DNA of 64,000 bases, from IMG/VR virus record IMGVR_UViG_3300023179_000084; one strand, 5' to 3'. This document shows positions 1 through 11,994 of this stretch, piece by piece (the stretch's first letter is position 1; every line of letters starts with the position of its first letter). The notes below the pieces were generated by a model. That model ran no database searches. It was given only the letters and a program-made list of their open reading frames with translations, and was not told where the DNA came from. The stretch comes from an uncultured virus (IMG/VR IMGVR_UViG_3300023179_000084). Its lineage: Duplodnaviria; Heunggongvirae; Uroviricota; Caudoviricetes. Both the position numbers and the translations under genes were made by a program.

Positions 1-1259
1 GGGTTAATGGTGCTACATCAGGTAGTTTTGTTGTTAGTAGTAATACAGCAACAATTAGTAGAACTTTACTTTTAGATTTTAACTCAGAAAGTACTGAAAC
101 TAGTATTTTAAATATTAGAACAGGCAGCACCAGTGGTACTATTATTGCTACAAGTGACACAGTAAATATTTTAAATAAAACAATAACAGTGTCAGTTACA
201 CCTTCTTCTACAACAGTCAATGAAGGCAATACAATTACATGGACTGTTACAACTACTAATATTTCAAATGGTACCACACTTTACTGGACTGATAGTGGTA
301 CTACTAATTCTAGTGATTGGATTGGTGGTGCTACATCAGGTAGTTTTGTTGTTAGTAATAATGCAGCAACAATTATTAGAACTGTGGATGTAGATTTAGA
401 CTCAGAAAGTACTGAAACAAGTGTATTACTTATTAGACTAAACAGCACCAGTGGTACTATTATTGCTACAAGTAATACGGTAAATATTAACTCCATACCT
501 ATCCCACCAGGTGGATTCCGTGGGCAAACAGCCTATACAACAGCCGGAACTTATTCATTTACAGTGCCTGGTGGTGTAACTAGTGTCTGTGTAGTTGCAG
601 TAGGCGGTGGTGCTAATGGCCCTTCTAATGGTACTAGTGGTGGTGGCGGTGGCCTAGGTTATAAAAATAATATTTCAGTAACGCCGGGATCTAGCTACAC
701 TGTGGTAGTTGGTGCAGCTGGCGCCAATAGCTACTTTATAAACACCAGTACAGTCAAAGGTGGCGGTGGTGGCAATGGCACTGGAGGTACCTACACTGGT
801 GACGGCGGTGGTAATGGCGGAGCCGGGTCAGCAGGTGCAGGGGGTGCAGGGGGCTATTCGGGCACAGGCGGTGCAGGTACCACTGGTTACGGTGTTCATG
901 GATCCAATGGTGCAGGCGGCGGTGCCGGGGGCGGTGATTTCTATGATTGGATTCAAAATGGTTGGTATGAAGCTGGAGCCGGTGGAGGCGGTGTAGGCCT
1001 ACTAGGTCAGGGTAGTAATGGAACCGGAGGAACTACGCGGGGCCAGGCCGGCACTGGAGGAAGTAACGGAATTAACGGACAGAATTGCCCAGCTGGCGAC
1101 TATGGAGGTAACGGTGGATTATATGGCGGCGGCGGTGGCCGAGGTGGTTGGGTAGCCAACAGAGATGGCCTAGGTGGATCCAGTGGAGCCAATGGTGCAG
1201 TAAGAATTATCTGGGGAGCTGGACGTAGCTTTCCATCAACTAATACCAGTGATGTGTAA
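1..1259 (+). CDS. Fibre/adhesin-like protein (5' truncated): tandem Ig/Calx-beta-like repeats plus glycine-rich C-terminal domain
   Basis: Frame is open from nt 3; 318-nt (106 aa) repeat at 9 vs 327; YTTAGTYSFTVPGGVTSVCVVAVGGG...GAVRIIWG Gly-rich domain. Confidence 0.75.
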   Translation, partial: VNGATSGSFVVSSNTATISRTLLLDFNSESTETSILNIRTGSTSGTIIATSDTVNILNKTITVSVTPSSTTVNEGNTITWTVTTTNISNGTTLYWTDSGTTNSSDWIGGATSGSFVVSNNAATIIRTVDVDLDSESTETSVLLIRLNSTSGTIIATSNTVNINSIPIPPGGFRGQTAYTTAGTYSFTVPGGVTSVCVVAVGGGANGPSNGTSGGGGGLGYKNNISVTPGSSYTVVVGAAGANSYFINTSTVKGGGGGNGTGGTYTGDGGGNGGAGSAGAGGAGGYSGTGGAGTTGYGVHGSNGAGGGAGGGDFYDWIQNGWYEAGAGGGGVGLLGQGSNGTGGTTRGQAGTGGSNGINGQNCPAGDYGGNGGLYGGGGGRGGWVANRDGLGGSSGANGAVRIIWGAGRSFPSTNTSDV

Positions 1260-1266
1260 ATAAATT

Positions 1267-1614
1267 ATGCCCATAACTTTTTCGTCATCGTCGACTGTAG
1301 GACAACTTCATTATACCTCTAACAAAATATATAGATGGTCTGGATCAGTCTGGCAGACTATCGCTACGAATGCCACAAGATCTGTAGTCGATTAAACATC
1401 TTCTTATACTTTAGGCATTGCCGGCGGCGGTGGAACCGGCGCAGCAGGATCGGTTAACACCGGTGGCGGTGGTGCGTCAGGCTATGCTGGTGGTTCGGGT
1501 ATTGTAATTCTAAGATACCCAGGCAGTCAGCGTGCCACTGGTGGTACAGTTACTTTGTCAGGTGGATATACTATTCACACGTTTACTACCAGTAAAATCT
1601 TTACTTTAACCTGA
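1267..1614 (+). pseudogene. Internally deleted glycine-rich fibre gene with in-frame TAA
   Basis: MPITFSSSSTVGQ...YRWSGSVW N-terminus, TAA at 1393-1395, then in-frame GGSGIVILRYP...GYTIHTFTTS C-terminus. Confidence 0.65.
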
Positions 1615-1651
1615 TTAATACAATAAATAGTCCATACAGGAAATCTATCAA

Positions 1652-2125
1652 ATGACAATGTTTATTAAATTAGAAAATGGAGAGCCAGTAGGTAACCCAT
1701 TGATTCAAGAAAATATGCAATATCTATTCCCAAATTTCAATTTTAATCAAGTAGTAACACCCTCAATGATTGAACCAATGGGTTACGGTATATACGAATT
1801 TAGTCAGCAGCCCACACTAGAAAGATATAAAAAACTCAGTGAAGGTACGCCCATAAAGAACCTTAACAACGGAATTTACTATCAAAATTGGCAGATAGTT
1901 GATAAAACTGCTGAAGAATGTGCGTTAGAAGATCAACAACAAGAAGAGTCAGTACGCAGACAGCGCAACGGACGCTTGTTTATGACAGACTGGACTCAGG
2001 TAGCTGATAGTCCTTTATCATCTGAAAAGAAACTTGAATATCAAACCTATAGAACTGTACTAAGAAACGTGCCATCGCAAGAAGGATTTCCTTGGTCTGT
2101 GATTTGGCCTGTTGAACCTACTTGA
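1652..2125 (+). CDS. Tail fibre assembly chaperone-like protein
   Basis: C-terminal RRQRNGRLFMTDWTQVADSPL...YRTVLRNVPSQEGFPWSVIWP motif. Confidence 0.75.
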   Translation: MTMFIKLENGEPVGNPLIQENMQYLFPNFNFNQVVTPSMIEPMGYGIYEFSQQPTLERYKKLSEGTPIKNLNNGIYYQNWQIVDKTAEECALEDQQQEESVRRQRNGRLFMTDWTQVADSPLSSEKKLEYQTYRTVLRNVPSQEGFPWSVIWPVEPT

Positions 2126-2177
2126 TTTTTAATTGATTGAAACTGCTAATAAATACCTTAATTAAGGAGGTATTTCA

Positions 2178-2429
2178 ATGGCACACTATGCTCAAATTGA
2201 TAATAATAATCAAGTAATTCAAGTTATTGTAGCGGAACAGGATTTTATAAATTCTGGTGCGGTAGGAGATACTGCACAATGGATTCAAACCAGTTATAAC
2301 ACCTACGGCGAAATACATCGAAATGGTGGTACACCTCTGCGTAAGAACTATGCAGGAAAAGGGTATATGTACGTGTCAATTAGTTTCCCATCAAATCTCA
2401 CAGTAGGGCAAACATGGCTATTACAGTAA
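2178..2429 (+). pseudogene. Truncated MAHYA-family fibre accessory gene fused to the start of another fibre gene
   Basis: Matches 5613..6005 up to RKNYAG.GY, then switches to SISFPSNLTVGQT; lacks the FIPPKPF...W C-terminus. Confidence 0.6.
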
Positions 2430-2695
2430 ACAACTTGCAAATTTCAGGCACTAGTAACAATCAAAACTACATTGAAGGCAACTGGACTCAAAATGATTCG
2501 GTTACCGCAATGAATTTTAGTTACCTAAGTGTTGCAAATAGTGCAGTTTCAGGAGGTGCATCCCCCGGATGGTATGCACTAACAACAAATGGTAATATAA
2601 ATTATGGCAGTAATAGTGGTTGGATATTTACTCAAGAAATTTCTTTAGATAACGGCTACTTTTTCTTATTCTTTGATATTAACACGTTGTTATAA
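2414..2695 (+). pseudogene. C-terminal remnant of a large beta-rich fibre protein
   Basis: Resembles the C-terminus of 11995..15117 (W...GN..W.F...FFL.F). Confidence 0.45.
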
Positions 2696-2759
2696 TATAA
2701 ATATAAAATAATTTAATGTTGTTCTATATATATTATTAAATTATAAAGCAAGGTAAACT

Positions 2760-3716
2760 ATGGGAATTTCAGCTAGTACATTATTAAAATCTAGTATATC
2801 TAGAGGTATACAAGGTATACAAGGCATACAGGGACAACAGGGTACTCAAGGTACGCAAGGTACTACTGGTATTCAGGGTCAGGAAGGTACTCAAGGCATA
2901 CAAGGACAACAGGGTACTCAAGGTACGCAAGGTACTCAAGGTATTCAGGGTCAGCAAGGTATACAAGGCATACAAGGTTTTGGATTTCAACAAAGCCAAG
3001 GTATTATTGGATCTACTGGACCTACTGGTAGTCAAGGTATTACTGGATCTACTGGACCTACTGGTAGTCAAGGTACCACTGGATCTACTGGTAGTCAAGG
3101 TATTCAAGGTATTCAAGGTCGTCAAGGTACTACCGGATCTACTGGTAGTCAAGGTACTACTGGATCTACTGGTAGTCAAGGATCCACAGGTGCTACAGGT
3201 ACCGCGGGATCTACTGGTAGTCAAGGTACTACTGGATCTACTGGTAGTCAAGGTACTACTGGATCTACTGGATCTACTGGTAGTCAAGGACCCACAGGTG
3301 CTACAGGTACCGCGGGATCTACTGGTAGTCAAGGTATTCAAGGTATTCAAGGTGCTAGTACTACTTTAAAAGTTGAAAATACTAATACAATAGTAAATGC
3401 TTCCGGTACAGTTACACATGATTATAATATTAGTGGATTATTTATACATACTAGTATTAGTAATAATTTTACTGCTAATTTTATAAATGTACCTAGTACT
3501 AATGATAATATTATTAATTTTACTTTAATACTATATCAAGGAGCAACGCCTTATTATCCCAGTGCAATTCAAATAAATAGTATTAATCAAACTATTAATT
3601 GGAGCGATAATGCAATTCCAGCTCCTATAGCAAATAAAACAGAGCTTTATACTTTTGTTTTAATTCGTACAAATAATACTTGGACTGTTTTAGCAGTTAA
3701 TTCTTCATTTGGATAA
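2760..3716 (+). CDS. Collagen-like fibre protein
   Basis: Long G-X-Q/G-S-T triplet run plus globular C-terminal domain. Confidence 0.8.
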   Translation: MGISASTLLKSSISRGIQGIQGIQGQQGTQGTQGTTGIQGQEGTQGIQGQQGTQGTQGTQGIQGQQGIQGIQGFGFQQSQGIIGSTGPTGSQGITGSTGPTGSQGTTGSTGSQGIQGIQGRQGTTGSTGSQGTTGSTGSQGSTGATGTAGSTGSQGTTGSTGSQGTTGSTGSTGSQGPTGATGTAGSTGSQGIQGIQGASTTLKVENTNTIVNASGTVTHDYNISGLFIHTSISNNFTANFINVPSTNDNIINFTLILYQGATPYYPSAIQINSINQTINWSDNAIPAPIANKTELYTFVLIRTNNTWTVLAVNSSFG

Positions 3717-3722
3717 TAAATA

Positions 3723-5594
3723 ATGCCATTAAATTCTTTATTAAGAAATTTTTTAGTAATAAAAAAATCTAATTCTAGTCGATTTCTAGAAGGAGAACAA
3801 ATATACACTACTCCAGGAACTTATAGTTGGACACCTCCAGCAGGAGTAACATCTGTACATGTAGTTTGTATTGGTGCGGGAGGTGGTGCTAGTGGTGATC
3901 ATACTAAGTATGGTGGTGGTGGTGGTGGCTTAGGTTGGAAAAATAATATACAAGTAATACCTGGTAATACCTATACAGTAGTTGTTGGCAATCAAGGAGA
4001 AGGTGGTCAAGGTCTAGACGGTGGAACTAGTTATTTTATTAATACTAGTACTGTAAGTGGTGGTGGAGGTGGCGGTGGAAATAGTAGTAATGGAGCTGCA
4101 GGTATATTTGTAGGAGATGGTGGTGCTATTGGTGGAAGAGGAGGTAGAATTTACCAAACTTCTGGAGGTGGTGGAGGTGGAGCTGGTGGTTATATTAGTG
4201 GTTCTCTTGAGTCTGGAACAGGAATAGATAACTATACTGCTAGTAAACAAGGACGAGGTGGTGCAGGAGCTGGTGGAGGTTCAGGTTTAGGAGGAGGTGG
4301 AGTTGGAATATATGGTAATGTATCCAATGGATTAAATATGGCTACTGGAGGAAGTGGAGGCACTGCTGGAACCTCTGCTGGAGGTGGTAGTTATGGTGGT
4401 GGTGGCACTGGTAATCAAAGCTATGCTCCTACTAATGGTGGAGGAGGTGCTGTTCGCATAATCTGGAATAGTAATCGTTTCTATCCATGGACAGCTGATA
4501 TTTCATCGTATTGTCAAGTTGAATATCTTGTAGTGGCTGGTGGCGGTGGTGGTGGCAGTGATTTTGGTGGCGGTGGTGGTGCTGGTGGTTTAAATACAGG
4601 TATATTTTTTGCATATAAAACTTATGCTTATAATATTGTTATAGGTGGTGGAGGCAGTAGAGGACCTAGTCAAGGTACATCTGGATATGCAGGTAATTAT
4701 TCTCAATTTGCAACCCAAGTTGTATATGGTGGAGGTGGTGGAGGTAGTTATAGTACTGGTAATGGAGGTAGTGGAGGTAGTGGAGGAGGTGGAGGAGGTC
4801 CAGGCGCTAGTGGGGGTGCTGGAAATCCAACGGGTTCATTTGGTGCTGGTGGTTCTTTTCCTATAGGTATTAATAATTTTATAGCTAGTTCTGATTCGGG
4901 AGTATATTTTTACTTAGGTAGTACTGCTAATATTAATATTCCATTAGGACAAGAAATTTTTTATAATAATCAAAGTTATGGAAAAATAAAGTTTAGTTTT
5001 CCTAATTGGGCTAATATAAACAATGCTCCTAATACATATATATTAGATACTATTACAAATCTTAATACCGGACTAATTACTATGACTAGTAGATGGACTA
5101 ATACTATACCAGGATCTCAAACTAGTGTACAAGGTTTTAATGGTGGATCTAGTGCAGGAGGAGGTGGTGGAGCTACTAGTATTGGTGTATCTGGTGAAGG
5201 CGGTAGAGGCGGAACAGCATTTGCATCTAAAATAAGTGGTACTAAAAAATTATATGGTGGTGGTGGAGGTGGCGGAGCTGGTGGGGGTGGTACATTAAAT
5301 AATGGTGGTAGTGGTATTGGTGGGTCTGGTGCAGGATATTCTGGAATCTCAAGTGGTGTTCCTACTTTAAGCACTTCTGGACTAATTTCTACAGGATCTG
5401 GAGGTGGAGGTGGAGCAGCTACAGGTGGAAATGTTTCTTTAGGTGCAAATGGAAGCGGCGGAATAGTAATATTAAAATATCCTAAAACTATAAATGCGTC
5501 TTTTACTGGTGGATTAGGTGTATCAACAATAACTTTAGGTGATTTTAAAATAAGTTCAATTACTAGTGGTACTGGCAAAGTTACTTTTACTTAA
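3723..5594 (+). CDS. Glycine-rich domain fibre/adhesin protein
   Basis: Two Gly-rich domains (YTTPGTYSWTPPAGVTSVHVVCIG; VEYLVVAGGGGG...GSGGIVILKYP). Confidence 0.75.
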   Translation: MPLNSLLRNFLVIKKSNSSRFLEGEQIYTTPGTYSWTPPAGVTSVHVVCIGAGGGASGDHTKYGGGGGGLGWKNNIQVIPGNTYTVVVGNQGEGGQGLDGGTSYFINTSTVSGGGGGGGNSSNGAAGIFVGDGGAIGGRGGRIYQTSGGGGGGAGGYISGSLESGTGIDNYTASKQGRGGAGAGGGSGLGGGGVGIYGNVSNGLNMATGGSGGTAGTSAGGGSYGGGGTGNQSYAPTNGGGGAVRIIWNSNRFYPWTADISSYCQVEYLVVAGGGGGGSDFGGGGGAGGLNTGIFFAYKTYAYNIVIGGGGSRGPSQGTSGYAGNYSQFATQVVYGGGGGGSYSTGNGGSGGSGGGGGGPGASGGAGNPTGSFGAGGSFPIGINNFIASSDSGVYFYLGSTANINIPLGQEIFYNNQSYGKIKFSFPNWANINNAPNTYILDTITNLNTGLITMTSRWTNTIPGSQTSVQGFNGGSSAGGGGGATSIGVSGEGGRGGTAFASKISGTKKLYGGGGGGGAGGGGTLNNGGSGIGGSGAGYSGISSGVPTLSTSGLISTGSGGGGGAATGGNVSLGANGSGGIVILKYPKTINASFTGGLGVSTITLGDFKISSITSGTGKVTFT

Positions 5595-5612
5595 GGATTA
5601 AATGTAAATTTT

Positions 5613-6005
5613 ATGGCACATTATGCAATTTTAGATAAAAATAATAAAGTTGTTCAAGTAATTGTTGGTAAGGATGAACTAGAAGAAGATTGTAATTGGG
5701 AAAATTTTTATGGTCAAGAATTACAATGTGTATGTAAACGTACTAGCTATAATACGTTTGGTGGTATACATTATAATACTAGTGGTATTCCTAGCACTGA
5801 TCAAACTAAAGCATTTAGAAAAAATTATGCTGGTATAGATTATACTTATGATTCAGAATTAGATGCATTTATACCACCTAAACCTTTTTCTAGCTGGACA
5901 CTTGATTTACAAAGTTGTTTATGGCAAGCACCACAACCTATGCCTCAAGATGGTAATAGATATATTTGGAATGAACTAAATATTTCCTGGGAACAAGTAT
6001 TTTAA
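5613..6005 (+). CDS. MAHYA-family fibre accessory/chaperone protein
   Basis: MAHYA...RTSYN...RKNYAG...FIPPKPFSSW; paralogs at 2178 and 17526. Confidence 0.7.
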   Translation: MAHYAILDKNNKVVQVIVGKDELEEDCNWENFYGQELQCVCKRTSYNTFGGIHYNTSGIPSTDQTKAFRKNYAGIDYTYDSELDAFIPPKPFSSWTLDLQSCLWQAPQPMPQDGNRYIWNELNISWEQVF

Positions 6006-6055
6006 TAATATTATTAGTTTAATGTTACACCAATAATTTTTTAAAGACAAATTAT

Positions 6056-9000
6056 ATGGCAACTAATCTATCAGCTTTACAAATTGTTAATGAACGATTA
6101 TATGGTACTGTATTAACTGGCCTTCAGGGTGTACAAGGCGTTCAAGGTCAACAAGGTGTACAGGGTCCACAAGGTGTACAAGGGCAACAAGGTGTACAAG
6201 GGCAACAAGGTGTACAAGGTCAACAAGGTATACAGGGTGTTCAAGGTCAACAAGGCGTTCAAGGTCAACAAGGCGTTCAAGGTCAACAAGGCGTTCAAGG
6301 TCAACAAGGCGTTCAAGGTCAACAAGGCGTTCAAGGCATCCAAGGTCAACAAGGCATCCAAGGTCAACAGGGTACTAGTGGCCAAGCTGTATTTAAAGGT
6401 GATCAGGGTTTACAAGGCATACAAGGTATTATAGGAAGTACTGGTTTAGGGTTTAGTATAGCTAAAGTATATACTACAGTTAGTAATTTATTAGCAGATA
6501 CAAATCCTAGTAATATAGTCTATGGTCAATTTGGTTTAATTAATACAGTAAACATTAGTGATCCAGATAATAGTAAAATATATTTATGGACAAATACTGG
6601 TTGGGTATTCACAGCTGATTTAAGTGGAGCAACAGGTCCACAAGGTCCACAAGGTCTACAAGGTCTACAAGGTCTACAAGGTCTACAAGGTCTACAAGGT
6701 CTACAAGGTTTACAAGGTTTACAAGGTATTCAGGGTATTCAGGGTATTCAGGGTATACAAGGCATACAGGGTCAACAAGGTATTCAGGGTATTCAAGGTA
6801 TTCAGGGTCAACAAGGTATTCAGGGTCTACAAGGTATTCAGGGTATACAAGGTCTACAAGGTACTAGCGGTCAAGCTGTATTTAAAGGCGATCAAGGTAT
6901 TCAAGGTGCTCAAGGAATCCAAGGATATAGTATAGTATGGAAAGGAATTTATAGTGGCAGTACTATATATTCTAAAAATGAAACTGTATTCTATAATGGT
7001 ACAAGTTGGATATTTGTAAATAATAATCCTACAGCAGGCCAATTACCAGATACAAATAATGCAAATTTTTGGGAGCCTTTATCTAGTCAGGGTATTCAAG
7101 GTCAGCAAGGCACCCAAGGTTGGATTGGTATTCAAGGTCTACAAGGTACTCAAGGTATACAAGGTTTTGATGGTCTACAAGGTCTACAGGGTATTCAAGG
7201 TCTACAAGGTATACAAGGATATGAAGGTATACAGGGTACCCAGGGTACTCAAGGTCAACAAGGTATTCAAGGTCAACAAGGTGTACAAGGCTTAACAGGT
7301 ATACAAGGTGATTTTGGTATACAAGGTTTTGATGGTCTACAAGGCGTACAGGGTACTCAAGGTGTACAAGGCTTAACAGGTATACAAGGTGATTTTGGTA
7401 TACAAGGTACTCAAGGTATTCAGGGAACTCAAGGCTTAGGTTTAATAACTAAACAGCAATGGGATCCACTAGCAACATACATTATAAATGATATAGTAAC
7501 CTATCAAGGTAGTTCTTGGATAGTAACTTATCCTGTACAAGGTACAGATATTCCCGGAGTTAGTTTAGCTTGGACATTATTTGCGGCTCAGGGTCTACAG
7601 GGTCTACAGGGTCTACAAGGTCCACAAGGTGTACAAGGTCAACAAGGCATCCAAGGTCAACAGGGTATTCAAGGATTTGAGGGCTTACAAGGCATACAAG
7701 GGTTGGATGGATTATTTGCTGGTCAAGGTATTCAAGGTTTAGAAGGTTTACAAGGTCTACAAGGTCTACAAGGTCTACAAGGTCTACAAGGTCTACAAGG
7801 TCTACAAGGTACACAAGGTATTCAAGGAAGTACAGGTACTGCCTTTACTATAGCTAAAGTATATAGTACAGTTAGTAATTTACTAGCAGATACAAATCCT
7901 AGTAATATACTATATGGTCAATTTGGTTTAATTAATACAGTAAACATTAATGATCCAGATAATAGTAAATTATATATTTGGACAAATACTGGTTGGATTT
8001 TTGTTTCTGATTTAAGTGGTAGTGCAGGTATACAAGGCGTACAAGGTTTACAAGGTATTCAGGGTATACAAGGTCTGCAAGGTAGACAGGGTACACAAGG
8101 CGTACAAGGTCTACATGGACAATTTGCAGGTCAAGGCGTACAAGGTCTTAGAGGAATACAAGGTGTATTAGGCAAATCACCATCATTTTTAGGATCATGG
8201 GATTCTAGTATACAATATACAACCAATGATATTGTATATTTTTCTGGAGGATCTTGGGCAGCAATAGAGAACAATTATGCTACTGTACCTGTAGATTATT
8301 CTGGAAAATGGATGCCATTAACTGCACAAGGTATTGAGGGTTTACAAGGTATACAGGGTGTACAAGGTGTACAAGGTGTACAAGGAATAGGTTTTAATTG
8401 GATAGGAATTTGGAATAATTCTACTATATATAATAAAAATGATTTAGTAGAATATAATGGCTCTAGTTGGATTAGTTTATATAGCTATAATCAAAATCAT
8501 GCTCCACAATATACTAATTATTGGAGTTTAGTATCATCACAAGGTACAAGTGTACAAGGTACACAGGGTATACAAGGTATACAAGGTCAACAAGGCGTAA
8601 CAGGTATACAAGGTGATTTTGGTATACAAGGTACTCAAGGTCTACAAGGTATTCAAGGTACTCAAGGTCTACAAGGTATTCAAGGTAGATCAATAAATTA
8701 TAGAGGTAATTGGGATCCTAATTTATCTTACTATAGAGATGATGTAGTATTTTATTATTATAATTTATATATAGCACTAGTTAATCCACTAACAGGTTTT
8801 AATTATACACCTAATATAAATAATGCAGAATGGCAATTATTAATTCCAGAAGGTATTCAGGGTCCACAAGGTATTCAAGGTATACAAGGTACACAGGGTT
8901 TAGATGGTATTCAAGGTAATTTAGGTTTACAAGGTACTAAAGGAGATACTGGTTTAGGGTTTAATATAGCTAAAACTTATATAAGTGTAGCTGCACTAAT

Positions 9001-10558
9001 AGCTGATACTAGTCCGGTAGATATAATACCAGGTGAATTTGCTATTATTGAAACAGGAAATACTAATGATACTGATAATAGTAGACTATATCTTTGGAAT
9101 GGAGTTAACTATATTTATACTACAGATCTTAGTGGTGCTGTAGGTATACAAGGTTTAGAGGGTATTCAAGGTCTAGATGGTATTCAAGGTCTACAGGGTA
9201 TTCAAGGTCTACAGGGTATTCAAGGTATTCAAGGTCTAGATGGTATTCAAGGTCTACAGGGTATTCAAGGCATACAGGGTATTCAAGGTCAACAAGGTAT
9301 TCAAGGCATACAGGGTATTCAAGGTCTACAGGGTCGTCAAGGCATACAAGGTATTCAAGGTCAACAGGGTGTACAAGGTATACAAGGTATACAAGGCGTA
9401 CAGGGCGTTCAAGGCATACAAGGTTTAGACGGCCTATTTGCTGGTCAAGGTATACAAGGTCTACAAGGTCTACAAGGCATACAAGGTCTACAAGGCATAC
9501 AAGGTCTACAAGGTTTACAAGGTTTACAAGGTTTACAAGGTTTAGACGGACTATTTGCGGCTCAAGGTACTCAAGGTACTCAAGGTACTCAAGGTACTCA
9601 AGGTACTCAAGGCCTACAGGGTATTCAAGGCCTGCAAGGTATCCAAGGTACTCAAGGCGTACAAGGTTTTGGCTATCAGCAAAATCAAGGTGTGCAAGGT
9701 ACTCAAGGTATACAAGGTACTCAAGGTATTAGTATTCAAGGTATTCAAGGTATTAGTATTCAAGGTCAACAGGGTATTCAAGGTCTACAGGGTACTCAAG
9801 GTTTTGGCTATCAACAGAATCAAGGTACTCAAGGTACTCAAGGTACTCAAGGTACTCAAGGTACTCAAGGTACTCAAGGTACTCAAGGTATACAGGGTTT
9901 TGGCTATCAACAGAATCAAGGTATTCAAGGTACTGCTGGTACAAATGGTAGTCAAGGAACTGCTGGTACAAATGGTGCTCAAGGAACTGCTGGTACAAAT
10001 GGTGCTCAAGGAACTGCTGGTACAAACGGTAGTCAAGGAACTGCTGGTACAAACGGTAGTCAAGGAACTGCTGGTACAAATGGTAGTCAAGGTACTGCTG
10101 GTACAGGATTTAATTGGAGATCAAATTGGTCTGCGTTTAATGAATATTATATAAATGATGTAGTTTTTTATAATGGTAGTTCATATATAGCAATAGAAAA
10201 CAATCTTGATCTTATACCTTCATTTAGTCCAACTCATTGGTCTATAATTTCTAGTCAAGGCACTCAAGGTACTGTAGGCACAAATGGTGCTCAAGGAACT
10301 GCTGGTACAAATGGTGCTCAAGGTGTACAAGGTCAACAAGGAATACAAGGTACTAGTGGTTATGTGGGCAGTGATGGTGCACAAGGTATCCAGGGTATTC
10401 AAGGTTATGGTATTCAAGGTATTCAAGGTTATGGTATTCAAGGTATTCAAGGCATTCAAGGCTCTGCAGGTAATCAAGTAGTATTAAATTTAGATGGTGG
10501 TATGGCCGATAGTATTTATGGTGGCATTGATCCTTTTGATGCTGGTGGCGTTATCTAA
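6056..10558 (+). CDS. 1500-aa collagen-like fibre with interspersed globular domains
   Basis: G-X-Q triplet runs; three FxIAKxY...DLSG domains and about five W...Y..ND.V.Y.GSSW (CBM5/12-like) domains. Confidence 0.8.
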   Translation: MATNLSALQIVNERLYGTVLTGLQGVQGVQGQQGVQGPQGVQGQQGVQGQQGVQGQQGIQGVQGQQGVQGQQGVQGQQGVQGQQGVQGQQGVQGIQGQQGIQGQQGTSGQAVFKGDQGLQGIQGIIGSTGLGFSIAKVYTTVSNLLADTNPSNIVYGQFGLINTVNISDPDNSKIYLWTNTGWVFTADLSGATGPQGPQGLQGLQGLQGLQGLQGLQGLQGLQGIQGIQGIQGIQGIQGQQGIQGIQGIQGQQGIQGLQGIQGIQGLQGTSGQAVFKGDQGIQGAQGIQGYSIVWKGIYSGSTIYSKNETVFYNGTSWIFVNNNPTAGQLPDTNNANFWEPLSSQGIQGQQGTQGWIGIQGLQGTQGIQGFDGLQGLQGIQGLQGIQGYEGIQGTQGTQGQQGIQGQQGVQGLTGIQGDFGIQGFDGLQGVQGTQGVQGLTGIQGDFGIQGTQGIQGTQGLGLITKQQWDPLATYIINDIVTYQGSSWIVTYPVQGTDIPGVSLAWTLFAAQGLQGLQGLQGPQGVQGQQGIQGQQGIQGFEGLQGIQGLDGLFAGQGIQGLEGLQGLQGLQGLQGLQGLQGLQGTQGIQGSTGTAFTIAKVYSTVSNLLADTNPSNILYGQFGLINTVNINDPDNSKLYIWTNTGWIFVSDLSGSAGIQGVQGLQGIQGIQGLQGRQGTQGVQGLHGQFAGQGVQGLRGIQGVLGKSPSFLGSWDSSIQYTTNDIVYFSGGSWAAIENNYATVPVDYSGKWMPLTAQGIEGLQGIQGVQGVQGVQGIGFNWIGIWNNSTIYNKNDLVEYNGSSWISLYSYNQNHAPQYTNYWSLVSSQGTSVQGTQGIQGIQGQQGVTGIQGDFGIQGTQGLQGIQGTQGLQGIQGRSINYRGNWDPNLSYYRDDVVFYYYNLYIALVNPLTGFNYTPNINNAEWQLLIPEGIQGPQGIQGIQGTQGLDGIQGNLGLQGTKGDTGLGFNIAKTYISVAALIADTSPVDIIPGEFAIIETGNTNDTDNSRLYLWNGVNYIYTTDLSGAVGIQGLEGIQGLDGIQGLQGIQGLQGIQGIQGLDGIQGLQGIQGIQGIQGQQGIQGIQGIQGLQGRQGIQGIQGQQGVQGIQGIQGVQGVQGIQGLDGLFAGQGIQGLQGLQGIQGLQGIQGLQGLQGLQGLQGLDGLFAAQGTQGTQGTQGTQGTQGLQGIQGLQGIQGTQGVQGFGYQQNQGVQGTQGIQGTQGISIQGIQGISIQGQQGIQGLQGTQGFGYQQNQGTQGTQGTQGTQGTQGTQGTQGIQGFGYQQNQGIQGTAGTNGSQGTAGTNGAQGTAGTNGAQGTAGTNGSQGTAGTNGSQGTAGTNGSQGTAGTGFNWRSNWSAFNEYYINDVVFYNGSSYIAIENNLDLIPSFSPTHWSIISSQGTQGTVGTNGAQGTAGTNGAQGVQGQQGIQGTSGYVGSDGAQGIQGIQGYGIQGIQGYGIQGIQGIQGSAGNQVVLNLDGGMADSIYGGIDPFDAGGVI

Positions 10559-10752
10559 TAAATGAAGAGAATTATATGCCGGTACAAATACAATTAAGAA
10601 GAGATACTTCTGCTCAATGGAATTCAATTAATCCTATTCTTGCACAAGCAGAAGTAGCCATAGAAACAGATACTAATAAATTTAAAATAGGAAATGGTAC
10701 TACAAACTGGATAAATCTACCCTATGGTGGGTTACAAGGAACTCAAGGTATT
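10546..10752 (+). repeat. ~207-nt direct repeat, second copy at 15281-15487
   Basis: About 7 mismatches by eye; offset 4735; covers a gene end, the intergenic spacer and the Mtd-N-like coding segment. Confidence 0.9.
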
Positions 10753-11979
10753 GCAGGAATAGCAGCTGCACAAGGTAGTCAAGGTACTGCAGGTACAAAT
10801 GGTAGTCAAGGCACTACAGGCACAAATGGTAGTCAAGGAACTCAAGGTTGTCAAGGAACTACTGGTACAGGATTTAATTGGAGATCAAATTGGTCTGCGT
10901 TTAATGAATATTATATAAATGATGTAGTTTTTTATAATGGTAGTTCATATATAGCAATAGAAAACAATCTTGATCTTATACCTTCATTTAGTCCAACTCA
11001 TTGGTCTATAATTTCTAGTCAAGGCATTACAGGTACAAACGGTACTCAAGGAACTCAAGGTCATCAAGGCACTACAGGCACAAATGGTAGTCAAGGAACT
11101 CAAGGTTGTCAAGGAACTACTGGTACAGGATTTAATTGGAGATCAAATTGGTCTGCGTTTAATGAATATTATATAAATGATGTAGTTTTTTATAATGGTA
11201 GTTCATATATAGCAATAGAAAACAATCTTGATCTTATACCTTCATTTAGTCCAACTCATTGGTCTATAATTTCTAGTCAAGGCACTACAGGTACAAACGG
11301 TACTCAAGGAACTCAAGGTCATCAAGGCACTACAGGCACAAACGGTAGTCAAGGAACTCAAGGTCGTCAAGGAACTACTGGTACAGGATTTAATTGGAGA
11401 TCAAATTGGTCTGCATTTAATCAATATTATATAAATGATGTAGTTTTTTATAATGGTAGTTCATATATAGCAATAGAAAACAATCTTGATCGTATACCTT
11501 CAATTAGTCCAACTCATTGGTCTATAATTTCTAGTCAAGGCACTACAGGTACAAACGGTACTCAAGGAACTCAAGGTCATCAAGGCATACAAGGTTTTGG
11601 ATTTCAACAAAGTCAAGGTATACAGGGATTACAAGGCAGTCAGGGTTTTAGTAATAATAGAACAACTTCTGTAAGTGATGGAAATAGTATTACGCCAAAT
11701 GCAACTATTAGTGATAATATTACTCAAATTAATACGCAAAGCGCAGGAACATTAACTATAGCTGCTCCAACTGGTACACCAACTGACGGACAAAAAATAA
11801 TTATTAGAATTAAATGTACAAATACACAAACATTTAGTTGGAACGCTATTTATAGAGGTTCAAGTGATTTATCACTACCTGCACAAACAACAGGAAATAG
11901 TAAAACTGATTATATAGGTTTTATATATAATAGTACAGACAGTAAATGGGATTTATTAGCACGTACATTTGGTTATTAA
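10576..11979 (+). CDS. Fibre protein: Mtd-N/hyaluronidase-like N-terminal anchor, collagen linkers, 3 tandem CBM-like domains
   Basis: IQLRRDTSAQW...[23 protein letters not shown] motif; 86-aa tandem repeats. Confidence 0.8.
   Translation: MPVQIQLRRDTSAQWNSINPILAQAEVAIETDTNKFKIGNGTTNWINLPYGGLQGTQGIAGIAAAQGSQGTAGTNGSQGTTGTNGSQGTQGCQGTTGTGFNWRSNWSAFNEYYINDVVFYNGSSYIAIENNLDLIPSFSPTHWSIISSQGITGTNGTQGTQGHQGTTGTNGSQGTQGCQGTTGTGFNWRSNWSAFNEYYINDVVFYNGSSYIAIENNLDLIPSFSPTHWSIISSQGTTGTNGTQGTQGHQGTTGTNGSQGTQGRQGTTGTGFNWRSNWSAFNQYYINDVVFYNGSSYIAIENNLDRIPSISPTHWSIISSQGTTGTNGTQGTQGHQGIQGFGFQQSQGIQGLQGSQGFSNNRTTSVSDGNSITPNATISDNITQINTQSAGTLTIAAPTGTPTDGQKIIIRIKCTNTQTFSWNAIYRGSSDLSLPAQTTGNSKTDYIGFIYNSTDSKWDLLARTFGY
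10861..11575 (+). repeat. Near-identical 258-nt tandem repeats (starts 10861, 11119, 11377); further copy of the domain at ~10098-10265
   Basis: Direct sequence comparison. Confidence 0.9.
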
Positions 11980-11994
11980 ATATAAGAGGTATTT

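Noticed and set aside
1393..1395. Stop-codon recoding
   Set aside because: Single in-frame TAA in a deleted relic; core genes are intact in the standard code and no suppressor tRNA is seen.
6120..10460. CRISPR array
   Set aside because: The 9/18/27-nt repeats are in-frame collagen codons without unique spacers.
2784..10481. Alternative-frame ORFs ([23 protein letters not shown])
   Set aside because: Shadow frames of the collagen repeats; no RBS or independent signal.
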